A DNA stretch of 45,361 nt from Octopus bimaculoides (lineage: Eukaryota): the NCBI RefSeq assembly GCF_001194135.2, contig NC_068997.1, positions 7,573,364 through 7,618,724 on the forward strand, read 5' to 3'. The notes beneath the pieces are model-generated. The model searched no databases, was not told the origin of the DNA, and saw nothing but the letters and a program-made list of their open reading frames with translations. The position numbers and the translations under genes are program-made. Shown here piece after piece: positions 1 to 13,745 of the stretch (positions are counted from its first letter, which is position 1; every line of letters starts with the position of its first letter).

Positions 1-59
1 TATATATATATATATATTACCCGGTGTTGCTCGGGATTAGAAGGGCATGGGTTTTTTTA

Positions 60-195
60 AAATTCTTTTACTTGTTTCAGTCATGTGACTGTGGACATAC
101 TGGAGCACCACCTTTAATAAAACAAACCGACCCCAGGATTTATTCTTTGTAAGCCTAGTACTTATTGTACTGGTGTTTTTTGCCTAACCACTAAA
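60..195 (-). mobile_element. SINE family A, 3' tail fragment
   Basis: The reverse complement matches the 3' half of the full copy at 363-758 (ggtgctccagc...actgaaacaagtaaaaga). Confidence 0.8.
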
Positions 196-362
196 GATTA
201 AGCACATGTATTAAATGTTGATTTTAGGGCTAATATATTGCTGTAAATGGCTTGCAACGTTGCAACTGCTACGCTAATTATTAACTGGCAATTGAACGGT
301 GAAAGTGTAAAATAAGATGATCTTAATGTTAACATATTTAATGTTAACATAATGTTAACATA

Positions 363-758
363 GGCGCAGGAGTGGCTGTGTGGTAAGTAGCTTGCTTATC
401 AACCACATGGTTCCAGGTTCAGTCCCACTGCGTGGCACCTTGGGCAAGTGTCTTCTACTATAGCCTCGGGCCGACCAAAGCCTTGTGAGTGGATTTGGTA
501 GACGGAAACCGAAAGAAGCCCGTCGTATATATGTATATGTGTGTGTGTTTGTGTGTGTGTTTGTCCCCCTAGCATTGCTTGACAACCGATGCTGGTGTGT
601 TTATGTCTCCGTCACTTAGCGGTTCGGCAAAAGAGTCCGATAGAATAAGTATTAGGCTTACAAAGAATAAGTCCCGGGGTCGATTTGCTCGACTAAAAGG
701 CGGTGCTCCAGCATGGCCGCAGTCAAATGACTGAAACATATAAAAGAATAAAAGAATA
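363..758 (+). mobile_element. tRNA-derived SINE family A, full length (CORE-like motif, internal (GT)n, LINE-like tail)
   Basis: tRNA-like head (ggcgcaggagtggctgtgtggta...ggttcagtcc), then ggcaccttgggcaagt resembling the CORE motif, an internal microsatellite, and a tail ending (aaagaata)2. It is flanked by aat(g/a)ttaacat as a probable ~11-bp TSD. Many related copies occur in the window. Confidence 0.9.
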
Positions 759-1074
759 TTAACATTGAAAGTGAACGAATAAAAGTGATACGATATTATA
801 GTGTTATCACATCAGAATTAAAACTGGAAGAATAAAATGAAACAATATTATTTCACAATACAGATGCTATTGTTTCACGTTTGACACGTAATATAGAACC
901 AGTGTAAGAGATTGATCCGGTCCTGCATTACGCAAGAGGTTGAAAATGTTTTGGGCCCATCATATACATATAGTAAGAGAGACAAATATAGATTTATAGT
1001 CATGCATGTCAGTTGTCACATACGTATAGATGTGTAGATGTGTGTGTGTGTGTGTATGTTTAATAATATACCTA

Positions 1075-1440
1075 ATGCGGAAACACACACAATCACAGAG
1101 ACATACACACTCATACACTCACAGACACATACACACTCATATACAAAATGGGACATCGTCGTGGCCGTTGTATAAAATGTCCTTTACTATTTCGTACGTA
1201 TCGAACGCGCAAACAAACACAGACCCATACACACTCATATAAAATGTGCTGTACTATAGTTGACTATGGAGATTATGCTTATGAAATGTTATATTTTTTA
1301 CGCACTGAAAGACGCACATTCACAGACACATAGACACTCATATATAAAATTTAACGTTGTCGTCGAACACGGAAACACACCCAGTGACAGACACATACAC
1401 ATACATACTCATATAGAAAATGTGGCGTTGTCGTAGTCGT
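1075..1440. repeat. Diverged minisatellite-like region (~90-100 bp period)
   Basis: The motif cacagacacatacacactcatata..aaaatgt..cgttgtcgt recurs about four times. Confidence 0.6.
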
Positions 1441-1454
1441 CTTCGCGGTCGTGG

Positions 1455-1463
1455 TCTGTCTGG

Positions 1464-1547
<84 letters not shown>

Positions 1548-1552
1548 CTATC
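1455..1552. repeat. (TCTG)n/(TCTA)n microsatellite
   Basis: Directly visible. Confidence 0.95.
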
Positions 1553-1789
1553 CACACACGTACGAACGCTCACCCACACGCACACATACGTAAGGAAATA
1601 TGTATGTCCTTGCACATGAAAACGTAGACAGCATCTGTGAAAAACGTTAGAAAACCTTGAAGAAATGTTTTAAAAAATAATTAGGAAACTAAAAGCGTTC
1701 TCTTCCTGTCGCCTTGTAATACACCTCAACAAATAGGCGCGCGCGCGTGTTCATATACATTTTATGCAGTTCAGGTGTCTGAGAATATC

Positions 1790-2000
1790 AATTTCAAATT
1801 TCGGTACAAAGCCAACAATTTCTGGCGAGGGAATAAGTCAATTATATCGACCCCGGTGTTTAACTGGTACTTATTTCACTGAATCGGGAAAAATAAAAGG
1901 CAAAGTCGACTTCGGTGGAATCTGAACGCAGACATATAAAACCGGACAGAATGTCGTTAAGCATTTTGTCCGATGTGCTGAGGATTCTACCAGGTGGTCA
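1790..2000 (-). mobile_element. tRNA-derived SINE family B, diverged
   Basis: atcgaccccggtgtttaactggtactta...aaaggcaaagtcgacttcgg matches the family B core. Confidence 0.8.
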
Positions 2001-2774
2001 TTTGAAATTGGGCGGGAGAATATTAAGTGATATTAAATGCGATTAAGGTATCTATTGTTGACAGCAATGCATAATAATTATTTGAGGCAGCAAAGTTTCA
2101 AAGAGACATGATGCAGCTGGGAATTAAATGATGACTAAAAACAAAATATTAGAAAAATGAAAACAATTAAAGAATTAAAGAGAAATAAATAAAAAAGCAA
2201 ATAAAAAATTAATATTGAGGAACTGAAGTATAACAATAATAACGCTGATGTTAATGAGATAATAAAATGAGAGTAAAGAAAATAGAGAAAGTAATGAAGG
2301 GAAAAGATATGATAATGAACGATTATAATAAGGAAAGTAGTAGTGAAAATGGTAAAGAAACATCAGAAGAAGAAGAAGAAGATGAGGAAGTAATAAATGG
2401 ATGAAATATTGGCTGAAAGTTCATGAAGAATAGAAGACAATAAAATAAGGAAAGTGATAAAAATTGAAAATTCAGAAATAAAATTTAATGCTTTGGCGGA
2501 GACGGAGATAGGAATTATGGTTATCAATGATGGTAAAATCGTAGTCGAAGTCAGCTTTTAGGTGGTGTCTAGGTTAGGGTTGTGACGGAGGAGTAAGAAT
2601 AGAAGGGCGTCGGTGTATGCAAAGGGGTGGATGGGGTGGATTCATGTCATGGTGTGATTTTGGGGTCTTTGTGAAAGGTTTCTTAACCCATTGCGTGTGA
2701 AGTTGCAGAGGAAGAACCTGGGTGTAAGATTAATAATTCTAAATCTTGAATTCAGAAGATTGCAATTGTTGGTA

Positions 2775-2834
<60 letters not shown>

Positions 2835-2898
2835 GTTGAAATTCATATATCTATGTATGTACTGTGTTTTCTAAGTATCTGTGTTCATTTTAGGAATA

Positions 2899-2929
<31 letters not shown>

Positions 2930-3652
2930 AGAGTACTTAATTTCAGTTCTCTATATTCTGAATGAAATCTCTTCAAGGTCACCTTTGATTTGAATATCTC
3001 TCTGCTCAATAAATTTCGTACCAGACAAAGATATTTTATAGAACGATTGTATCAGAAACCTCTTTTCGCTAAAACATAGTTTTATGTCTGCCAAGTGATA
3101 AGAATCTAATAGTGTGCACCATTTTTATTATTCTTCAGGTCCAAAATATAAAATTGACATAAAAATAAATTTAGGTGCCTCTGTTCCGTCCTATTTCTTT
3201 GCCTTATCGATCACTTTTGTGTCTCATATCCAAGTAACAATTCACTCTAGAAATCAATTTTTTTTCTAATAAAACTACTTAAACTTTTATCTTGAAATTA
3301 ACTTTGTTAAAAATTCATTTTGAGATCAAATATATGGACCGTTTTTATTCAATATGTCAAACGTGGGACGAGCATCCGTTCATTCAAAGTATATTAACGT
3401 TCACAAAGTTAGGTACATCGCGTGAGGAAATCTTTCAGACAGAAGACTTACAGAATAAAGTAAATTCAAATAATGACAACATATGGAAAAAAAAAAAAAA
3501 AAAATTTCCAATGGTTTTCAATCGATAACCTTTTAAATACTGTTCGAACTAATATTTCTTCTGATTACGCAACCAAATGGAACAGGTGCGTATCTAACAA
3601 CGCTTTTTCTCCTTCTTCTCTCTCTGAGCATAAGTATATATATGTATGTATA

Positions 3653-3691
<39 letters not shown>

Positions 3692-4313
3692 TATACATAT
3701 GTATATATATATATAAACTTATTTACATATATCTGTGCGTTTATAATATATATAATGTATAAGTATGTGTATGCATAGACATACATATACACACGGATAT
3801 GTATTATGCGCTCCCCCACCTACATATAGAATACATGTTACGTAAATCCGTTTACAGCAAAAAAACAAAACAAAACAACATCAACAATAAAGTGAACAAC
3901 AGCAGAAAAGAAATCCTAAACGCGTAAACATTTGTCAAAATAAATATGAGGAACAATGACGAATCGTGACAACTTCCTCCATCTTTGCTTACCTCTCGTG
4001 TTCATGCATCTCTTGCTTCTTTCACGCTGCATACCATCGCCGCCGACATTATCAATTTTACAGCCACGACCAACCTCGCCTTACTTTCACTTTGGTAAGC
4101 TTTTATCTGAATTGACAGTATCTTATTACATTCTTGAGTATATTGTGACGTTGAAGATATTCTATCTTCTGGGTTTAAAACATCAAACACAACCAAATCT
4201 TCTCTCTTGCCTATATTTCTTATTTAATTATTTTAAAACACATTTGATGGCTTTTGTATTTTCATAACATTTTATTTCATATCACGAAAATATGTAGGTG
4301 CGTCTGGTTTTAA

Positions 4314-4351
<38 letters not shown>

Positions 4352-4387
4352 NNNNNNNNNNATATATATATATATATATATATACAT

Positions 4388-4423
<36 letters not shown>

Positions 4424-4628
4424 ACACACACATACACACACACGCATATATATTGAAGGAATTCTTTGATATAGTAAAAAGAAAACTACCAGAAAAGAAA
4501 GGAAGGAAGAGATTGAATCGAGAGAAAAAGAGAGTGATATCAAAATTTTAATAGATATTATCAAGTACACATATAGATACATACATGTATACACATACAT
4601 TCCCATACGTATATATACATACACATAT

Positions 4629-4846
4629 ATTCTTTTCTACTCACGGTATAAGGCACGAAATTTTGGGTGAGGGTGCCAGTCGATTAGATCGACCCCTGTA
4701 CGCAACTGGTACTTAATTTACCGACCCCCGAAAGGATGAAAGACAAAGTCGACCTCGACGGAATTTGAACTCAGAGCGTAAAGACAGACAAAATACCACT
4801 AAGCATTTCGCCCGGCGTGCTAACGGTTCTGCCAGCTCGCCACCTT
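4629..4846 (-). mobile_element. SINE family B, full length
   Basis: Reverse complement of 36540-36757 at high identity. Confidence 0.9.
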
Positions 4847-5104
4847 CTAAAAGTACATATATTACTAAAGAACGTTATGTGTGTCTGTCACGTTTTGACC
4901 TTGACCTTCAACCAATATTTTGACTCGCAGTCACCCCTGAATATTTCCACAATGAAGTGTACCTGTTCGTATTCGTGCGCGTGCGCGCATGGGTATATAT
5001 ATATAGGTACGTAAGAGTGTATATACCTTTATACGGATGGTTATTACTAATCAAATTAATCATTCATAGTTTTATTTTATTGTATTTTATTTATGCTGTA
5101 TGTG

Positions 5105-5139
<35 letters not shown>

Positions 5140-6299
5140 GTGTTTATTCCAGTGAATAGTTATTACATATCTTTTTACTTATTTCATAAACGTATTCTTT
5201 CATTTTATTTACCTTTCACTTACACTCTAACTTAATCTTCCAGTGTTGAAAAATCATTCGTCTTTTCTGCTCGTTTGCTTTTCTTCATTCTCAAGATAAT
5301 TTGTTTGTATTTAGTGTTATTTTGTTTTTGTCTCTGACGGAATCTTTTGTTTTGTTACTGTTCCTATAGCTTTATCGCAGCAGACTATTTTATTCTAACC
5401 AACAATTTACTTTTAAACTCATGTAATTAACCAAAATTATGTACTATAGCGATTACCTAGACACCACTTATCCTATACTGAAAGATTTTAGATAAAGAAG
5501 CTATATTGGAAATGAAACTCTTTAGGAAAGGAGACAAAGACATTGTGGACAATGAATAAATAAATAAATAAATAAACGGTTTGAGAGAGAAGAATGTGAA
5601 ATTGAAAATGATGAAGATTTTGGAATTCGAGAATAAAAAGAACAATGAATGAAAGCAATTGGTTTGTGTTAATGAAGACACACTTGTACAAAATTTACGA
5701 ACAGAAAACAATGGTAGATTATAGCAATTAATACAAGGTAATTAAGGTACCCAATTTAGCAACACTACTTTGCCATTGATTGCTTTTATCGAAGTCTGGT
5801 TGGTTGTAAGTATTCTGGTCAGGTCTTCGATTTGGGGATAGCTCATCCCCTGTCAGTAATAAGCTCTTCCTTTTATCCTCAGGTCAAGCCATTAAAATGC
5901 AACTTCATGAAATGCTCAATGTCAAAAAAATATGCCTGAAGCCTAGGAACAGCGCATTCACCTCGCTCTTACTTGATATGTTCTCATAAGAAACGAGGAT
6001 AAATCTGTTGGAGTGATGACTGTCCAAACGAATAGACATCAGCTAAGTCGTATGAATGTGATTTGTTCTGCATATCAAGCTTACATATGGATACAATCGA
6101 TTAAACATATATCTCAACTATACAAAGTTCAAAGTTTGAAATTTGTTGTGCAAAATAAATACGTTTAATATTGGATGAATTTAGCTCAAATTTAATGAAT
6201 TTCATCAGAACCATTTAGAGTTACCACACTGCATTCGGTTCCACCTTAAATGGCACAAAGTAAAGTCGAAACCTGGTTTCAAAGAGGTCTGGTACAGAG

Positions 6300-7400
6300 C
6301 ATGAAGAATTCGAATTGCTGGTGGATCATTTTTGTATTTATTGTACTACCGGCTGCTTCTGGTGAAACAGTTATTTTCACTTGATACAAACGTCGACTAA
6401 GCCATAGTCAACTTGCATTTTAACAAATTTAAATAAACAAACACTAGTATAGAAATTATTGCATGGGTTGGGTGGTTATTTGAACAGTTACTACATACTC
6501 CATATCATCTCCCTTACTAACTGTGGTACATAGCATTTGAATATGGTCATTGGTTCATATTCCTGGAGGAATTATGTTGCCTCTGCTTCTTCTGAATTGG
6601 CAGCCGTTCCACCGAGAGCAGAAGGTTATAGTAGTGAACATCATGCAAACATAATGAAGTTTTGCAGCAAATTGGTCGAATGAATCTGGGGTGTGTTGCC
6701 CTTCATGCTTTTGTTTCTAAGAGGAGAGATCTTGTGGTACATAACAGAAATGGACATGAATAATAAGAAAAACTTAGGCGTTTGCACTAACATCCATACA
6801 CTGAATTAATGAATGTTTCGGTTGGGAGTTGAAGAATGCTTGTGATGAGATCGAAAGAATTTGAGAGAGATTAAAAGCAGAACGTTGTGGTTTGAAGGAG
6901 CAAATGGCAGGTGACAATCGAAATGACTCAACAACTCAACAAAATGTTTCCAACGTTCTTTCTTAGGATACATTCTACAAAAAAAAAAAAAAATAAACAA
7001 GAAAAAACTTGATGCTGGTATTGATTGTAAAAGTAAGACAATTATCGACATGTTTGATGGAGACACTGTTATATACTAAAGCATTGGTTGCTGCGATGGA
7101 TTATTGCTTTGGAGACATTCTGGACAATTACCTAATAGAATACCTAAACAGTTGACATTTCGGCAGATTGGACCCCTTTATTGTTAATTTCAAAAAGCGA
7201 TGTGCTGCATTGCTATTGTGAAATGTTTATAAGGCTAATGACTCAGAAAAAGAATTCAAAAACGTCTTGTTTAAAACTTTATTAACGTCACAGCTTCCAT
7301 TCCAAATGAAGTTCTGGTAATCTGTACGAGACAGCAGAAAGCTATTATAACATATTGGTTCTACCAAATAATAAGAAAGATATCAGCAAGATGTCAGTCA
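6300..7400 (+). mobile_element. Degenerate Helitron Pif1-type helicase remnant
   Basis: Collinear decayed motifs: PAASGET (~PGGTGKT), VASASSELAA (~VASSGIAA, 6576-6605), IIDMFDGDTVIY*SI (7041-7085) and YLIEYLNS*HFGRLDP..NFKKRCAALLL*N (~YPxEFLNSL..GLPPH.L.LK.G..IMLLRN, 7129-7225). Confidence 0.55.
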
Positions 7401-8234
7401 GAAATCTGACAATAAGTCTCGTTCGATCAAATAAAACTAATTTGATGCCAGAAGAAAATTACGATTGCACACTCTGTATGCATTCCTGACAGTCCTACAG
7501 TGTGTGTGCTTGTGTGTGTATTTGTATTTTCACTTCATTATTATTTTTCCGATTTATTTATGTTATTTATTTTATTTGTTTCGATTTTCTTCGACATATA
7601 GCAGCTGTCACAAACCAAAGAGATAAGCTTCTTGCAATTCAATGAGATAAACGTTTGGAATGAATTGAAAAGGAAAATATCAGAAAGATTATCTGACTAG
7701 ATTTGTTGATAGTCGAATCCACACAAACAAGTTATAACAGACAAATTAATTGACATCGTTCCGTTCTCAAATAAAATAAAGTTTTCGGGTCGCTTTCTCT
7801 GCTGTTTGTAAAGAAATAGCTACTTGTTAGTTCGAGTCTGCATGGAGTCTATAAAACGAGATACATTGCGACTTCATTCTTACTTTTAAATATTATCCAT
7901 TTCTGACAATGTAAGTGTGTATATGTGTGTGTATGTATGCGTATAAATACCTATGTACATGTATGTATGTATGCATGTGCGAGTATGTGCGTGTGTCTGA
8001 TGTGTGTGTGTGTGTGTGTGTGTATTACTAGATAACTCAACGACTGTTTTTCACAGACTGTCAGTATGTAAAGCAGTGTCATATATCATGAAGGTGCGTG
8101 GCTTAGAGGCGTTGCTGATGTTGCTGCTGTTGCTGCTGTCCTTGTTGCTGCTCTTGCTGCTGTTGCCACCGTCCTTGTTGCTGGTGTTGCGCGTATAATA
8201 TATTATTCTTTTATAATAATATGAAATTATTTTA

Positions 8235-8557
8235 GGCGCAGGCGTGGCTGTGTGGTAAGAAGTTTGCTTCCCAACCACATGGTTTCAGGTTCAGCCCCAC
8301 TGCCGAGGTACTTTGGGAAAGTGTCTTCTACTATAGCCTCGGATGTGTGTGTGTGTGTGTGTGTGTGTCCCACGAACGCTTGGCAACCGGTGTTGGCGTG
8401 TTTACGGCCCGTAGCTTAGCAGTTCGGCAAAATTGACCGAGAGAATAAGTACAAGGCTTAATAAAATGAGTCATGGGGACAATACATTCGACAAAAAATT
8501 CATGAAGGCTATGCTCCAGCATGGCAACAGTCTAATGGCTCAAACAAATAAAATAAA
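8235..8557 (+). mobile_element. SINE family A, internally deleted copy
   Basis: Same head and tail as 363-758. Confidence 0.85.
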
Positions 8558-9115
8558 TTTCATCACGNNNNNNNNNNNNNNNNNNNNNNNNNNNNNNNNN
8601 NNNNNNNNNNNNNNNNNNNNNNNNNNNNNNNNNNNNNNNNNNNNNNNNNNNNNNNNNNNNNNNNNNNNNNNNNNNNNNNNNNNNNNNNNNNNNNNNNNNN
8701 NNNNNNNNNNNNNNNNNNNNNNNNNNNNNNNNNNNNNNNNNNNNNNNNNNNNNNNNNNNNNNNNNNNNNNNNNNNNNNNNNNNNNNNNNNNNNNNNNNNN
8801 NNNNNNNNNNNNNNNNNNNNNNNNNNNNNNNNNNNNNNNNNNNNNNNNNNNNNNNNNNNNNNNNNNNNNNNNNNNNNNNNNNNNNNNNNNNNNNNNNNNN
8901 NNNNNNNNNNNNNNNNNNNNNNNNNNNNNNNNNNNNNNNNNNNGGGGGGGGGGAGAGTGAAAGAGAGAGAAAGGGAGAGAAAGATTGAGATGTCAGATGA
9001 ATTCGTTCCTTTCACACAAAAAATGGTTTTTCATAGTCTTTTGCTATATTTTGTAGCTCCAACTTTTGCTAAGAATTTTTGAAATTTGAATAAATTTTAC
9101 CTTTTCCTAGAGAGC

Positions 9116-9259
9116 CAGGTAGAAAAAGATGAGCATTTTTGTCATCTCTTTCTCGTCGATTTCAATCAAGGCTCCAAAGCTGCCAATACCACTCGAGACA
9201 TTTCTGCTGTGTACAGAATAGGTGACGCTATAACTGAAAGAATTTCACAGAAATAGTTT
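9116..9259 (+). mobile_element. Mariner transposase N-terminal HTH remnant
   Basis: QVEKDEHFCHLFLVDFNQGSKAANTTRDISAVYRIGDAITERISQK*F resembles the mariner N-terminal HTH (EHFRH...FNQGSKAA..ARDICAVYG). Confidence 0.75.
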
Positions 9260-9863
9260 TAGATGACGCGAACGAAACTTCTGCAATATGAAAAAGAATT
9301 AATAACTGTGAATGTATAAAAGATAAATCTATGAGTATCGCCGAACTGCCTCTCCCTCTGACGGTGCTCAACATTTTTTGTATCAGTTAAAAGAAATAGG
9401 TTCATCTCGACTGATTTCTGCCTCAGTTACTCTATAAGGGAATACGAACGCACGACTCATACTTCTATATTACCAACTATTCTTCTTGACAACAAGTCTG
9501 CCGAAATGTCATATGCCTATTGTGTTTTCAACAGTTGGTACTCGTTTGTAACCAAAGTACATGGAAAGTAAGAATAGAATAATGTCTTCATCCAATCGAA
9601 CGGCGCCAGACAAGCAAAACGAATTCTGATAAGAAATTAATTAATGTTTTAATCAATGTTCTTTTAAAACAAATACACAAATGTTTGTTTTTATCTGACC
9701 GAATTCAAAGGATTGGTAAAACGAGAAAAGTTGATTCTTTTAACGAAAAGGACAAAAAAAAAAGGAACAAAACAAAAAAGATATCTGGAAATCACCAATA
9801 TTACAAGAAAACAAAGAATATTTTATCCATATACACATATATGCACATGCATGCATGCATACA

Positions 9864-9897
<34 letters not shown>

Positions 9898-10423
9898 CAC
9901 ACACTGTCATGTAGACTCAAAGAGTTAAGAGAATTAGAAAATAATGAGCGCCATTTGCTTCTCATATCTTTGTAGATTCTCTTTCATTATTCTTGTTCTC
10001 ATTAAATATAATTTTCTAAAAGAGCCTGAAATTTTCAGTTAATACGGAGACACTCCACACGTGCTGATTAGNNNNNNNNNNNNNNNNNNNNNNNNNNNNN
10101 NNNNNNNNNNNNNNNNNNNNNNNNNNNNNNNNNNNNNNNNNNNNNNNNNNNNNNNNNNNNNNNNNNNNNNNNNNNNNNNNNNNNNNNNNNNNNNNNNNNN
10201 NNNNNNNNNNNNNNNNNNNNNNNNNNNNNNNNATATATATATATATATATATATATATATACGTACGTACGCGCACACACATACACACATACACACACTC
10301 ACATAAAACAAAAATGTATTATCTTCATATATGAATGACACATCCATATACTTGCAATCACACACATACACACCAACACATGCATATAGTATATCTACTT
10401 AACTTTTTCTCTGTCTCTCTTTG

Positions 10424-10456
<33 letters not shown>

Positions 10457-10732
10457 AAATATTCTTATTCATATTCGCAAATACATTCCCATATTCATTA
10501 TGTAAAAAGAAAAACGCTACCAACATCTGAGGCGGGAGTCATTTATCGTGTTATAGATGCATTGAAATAAACATGCCACATCTCTCTGCCATTCTAAGAG
10601 AAAGTACATTGCTTCTGGCAGAAGGAAGTCGCACTATTTGCACGCGCACGGCCTACAACACAAAGTATGATATAGCAACGGGGAGTTTTATAGTACTGAC
10701 CGGTCATGATATAAAACGGTGCAGACGGTAAT

Positions 10733-10937
10733 ATTGGTTTCAAATTTTGCACAAGGCCAACAAGTTTGAGGGAGGGGTAAGTCAGTTATATCGACCAAGT
10801 GTGCTGCTGGTACTTCTTTTATCGACCCCGAAAGGATGAAAGCTGAAGTCGAACTTGGCGGAATTTGAACTCAGAACGTAAAAACAGACGAAACGCTGCC
10901 AAGCGCTTTGCTAACGATTCTGTCAGCTCACCGCTTT
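10733..10937 (-). mobile_element. SINE family B
   Basis: atcgaccccgaaaggatgaaag...gaatttgaactcagaacg core. Confidence 0.85.
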
Positions 10938-11652
10938 CCGCAGACGGAAGTGTTGAACCTTATCTTTGCGATACCGAAAACTATTTAAAACAACATCTCA
11001 CACCGTTCCTGTGCATTATGTGTAAAGTTATGCACCAAAGAGCATAACTAAGAATTAAGTATACGTTTTCTAAAGCCTTTCATTCTACTTTTAACATTTC
11101 GCGGTGCACTTGGTCCTTAGCGCGAACAAGAGCACAACAGTCCATCGTTTGAGATCGATTGCATTCAAAACAAAATTCCAGAAATAAAAGCTGAAATCTA
11201 TTCTGATATTACATCGTACTCTGATGTAAAGATGCAAGTAAGTTAGAATATAACTAAATGAAACATCATTCTACAAAAGAGAAGACAATCAGAAATGTTG
11301 CAGTTTACCATATAATTGCCATTTAAATTTTCTAGTCAGAGTTAGTGTCTTTTGTTTTGTGAGTTTCGGCGTCAGCATCTATAGTAAATGGTAAAATTTC
11401 CTCACAGCTCCAGAGTACCATTGACTCTTGGCCCAACAATAATGAACACTATACAAGATTCAACAAACTTTGCATTTCTTCTTCACGCATGTGCGTTTAC
11501 TTTTCTCTTCGCCATCAAGTCTATTCAAAGCTGCTGTTTGCCATTCAATAGATCCGTAATGATAAATGTTTCGCCGCACGCTTTTGCATTTAAATCAATA
11601 CACAAGTAATTTTACCTCAATTCGCGCCTTAATGACTTCATTGAATCAATGA

Positions 11653-11949
11653 AGACGCACGACTCAGTGGTTAGGGAATTCGGTTCGTGATTGTAAGGTT
11701 GAGAATTCGATTCCCGGAGGCGTGTTGTGTCCTTGAGCAAGACTTGATTTCATGTTGCCCCAGTCCACTCAATAGTTCCTGTAATTCAAAGGACCAACCT
11801 TATCATATTCAGTGTCTCGCTGAACCTCCCTTAGTGAAGAATACGAGTGTCTGTGGAGTGCTCAGCCATTTGCACGTTAATTTCATGAGCAGGCTGTTCC
11901 GATCATCGAATCAACAGGAACGATCGTCGTCGTAACCGACCGAGAGCCA
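11653..11949 (+). mobile_element. tRNA-derived SINE family C (CORE-like motif)
   Basis: A-box gactcagtggtt, B-box-like gaattcgattcc and gtgtccttgagcaagac. Single copy in the window. Confidence 0.7.
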
Positions 11950-11981
11950 GATTTTCGTTCAATCAAAATAAAAGACGAAGA

Positions 11982-12095
11982 TTGTTGTTTAGCCCAGCGG
12001 AGCTTGAATAAGCAAACCTTTTGCTAAAGGCATTCCAGCCGCGACCATTCCGTCTTTATTTCAAGAAGTAATATATTGGATAACATAGTTTACAA
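11982..12095. repeat. Interspersed repeat family D fragment (related copies at ~31848-31915 and, inverted, ~32245-32470)
   Basis: Shared tgtttagccc...aaaggcattccagccgcgaccattc motif among the three loci. Confidence 0.5.
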
Positions 12096-12935
12096 GTATA
12101 ATATACAATATACCGTTTCCTTCACTTTATGATTTTGAAGAAGATCTGACAGTTATTTCTAGGATTCGTAGCAANNNNNNNNNNNNNNNNNNNNNNNNNN
12201 NNNNNNNNNNNNNNNNNNNNNNNNNNNNNNNNNNNNNNNNNNNNNNNNNNNNNNNNNNNNNNNNNNNNNNNNNNNNNNNNNNNNNNNNNNNNNNNNNNNN
12301 NNNNNNNNNNNNNNNNNNNNNNNNNNNNNNNNNNNNNNNNNNNNNNNNNNNNNNNNNNNNNNNNNNNNNNNNNNNNNNNNNNNNNNNNNNNNNNNNNNNN
12401 NNNNNNNNNNNNNNNNNNNNNNNNNNNNNNNNNNNNNNNNNNNNNNNNNNNNNNNNNNNNNNNNNNNNNNNNNNNNNNNNNNNNNNNNNNNNNNNNNNNN
12501 NNNNNNNNNNNNNNNNNNNNNNNNNNNNNNNNNNNNNNNNNNNNNNNNNNNNNNNNNNNNNNNNNNNNNNNNNNNNNNNNNNNNNNNNNNNNNNNNNNNN
12601 NNNNNNNNNNNNNNNNNNNNNNNNNNNNNNNNNNNNNNNNNNNNNNNNNNNNNNNNNNNNNNNNNNNNNNNNNNNNNNNNNNNNNNNNNNNNNNNNNNTT
12701 TTTAATAAAAACAACAGCTTGTAAAGAATGAAATACCAATTTGGAAGACGAAATGATGGTTGTGATAGTGGAACTGTGGTGGTGGTGGTGGTGGTGGTGG
12801 TGGTGGTGGTTTTTCCTGCAGTAGCGGTGATGTTGGTGAAGTCTGTGCGGCGATGGTCTTGCCGACGTGTGTGTGGTGGTAATGTCAATGATTGTGATGT
12901 GGTGGTGTTGATGCTAGTTTGTGTGNNNNNNNNNN

Positions 12936-12970
<35 letters not shown>

Positions 12971-13240
12971 AAAGTGCGCGGCGCATGTGTGTGGATGCGT
13001 GTAAACTGCGACAAGAAAATGGAAATCTCGATGTTCCTTGAATGATGTCCATTGTGATATTTCTTCTGCAGCGAGATAAAGACGCTCCCGTGTCATCTTT
13101 CCGTTAGATATAAAGTGGATCAATGACGTCATTGACTGAAGACAGGAATATAAAATAGAATAATAAGCAGAAATGGCATGAAACAACCTGCTGCATTCTG
13201 GCATTCAGCTCCAAATAATTTACCATTTCGTTAAGATGGC

Positions 13241-13302
13241 TTGAAGGAATGTTCCATATATTGAAGGAATGTTCCATATATTGAAGGAATGTTCCATATA
13301 TT
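13241..13302. repeat. Perfect 20-bp tandem repeat (TTGAAGGAATGTTCCATATA) x3
   Basis: Directly visible. Confidence 0.95.
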
Positions 13303-13313
13303 TAATACATATG

Positions 13314-13745
13314 TCTTTTACTTGTTTCAGTCATTAGACTGCGCCCATGCTGGGGCGCTGTCTTGAAAGGCTTAGTCAAAGAATTCGGTCATAGTAACGA
13401 TTATTTCTATAAAATCTGGTAGTTATTCTATCGGACTGCATTGCCGAATCGCTAAGTTACAGAACGTAAACAAAGCAACACTAGTTATCAAGCTGTGGTG
13501 GCGGGGGAACATAAATACAAGCATTAAACACACGCACATACACACACGCACACACAAGCACACACGCACATACACACACGCACACGCACACGCGCGCACA
13601 TACACACACACACATACATACACACGACAGGCTTCAACACAGTTTCCGTCATTAAATTCTCTCTTAAGGCATTGGTCAGTCCAGTACAATAGTAGAGTGG
13701 CGCTTTCTCAACGTCCAATGCAGTGGGACTGACCCTAAACCATCT
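13314..13745 (-). mobile_element. SINE family A, diverged copy
   Basis: Tail (ttttacttgtttcagtca...catgctgggg), (CA)n middle and part of the head (gcagtgggactga). Confidence 0.8.

Noticed and set aside
252-265. 14-bp perfect palindrome TTGCAACGTTGCAA
   Set aside because: Isolated, with no supporting context; plausible by chance.
3990-4200. Possible minus-strand exon ending at a GTAAGC donor
   Set aside because: No recognisable protein similarity and no convincing acceptor.
11310-11600. Possible mariner catalytic-domain remnant on the minus strand (IYHY...KCKV...VHY)
   Set aside because: Similarity is too weak, with no intact DD34D residues visible.
11653-11720. tRNA genes at SINE heads (also 363, 18370-18430, 36540)
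   Set aside because: A/B boxes are present but there is no cloverleaf; they continue into SINE bodies or are decayed.
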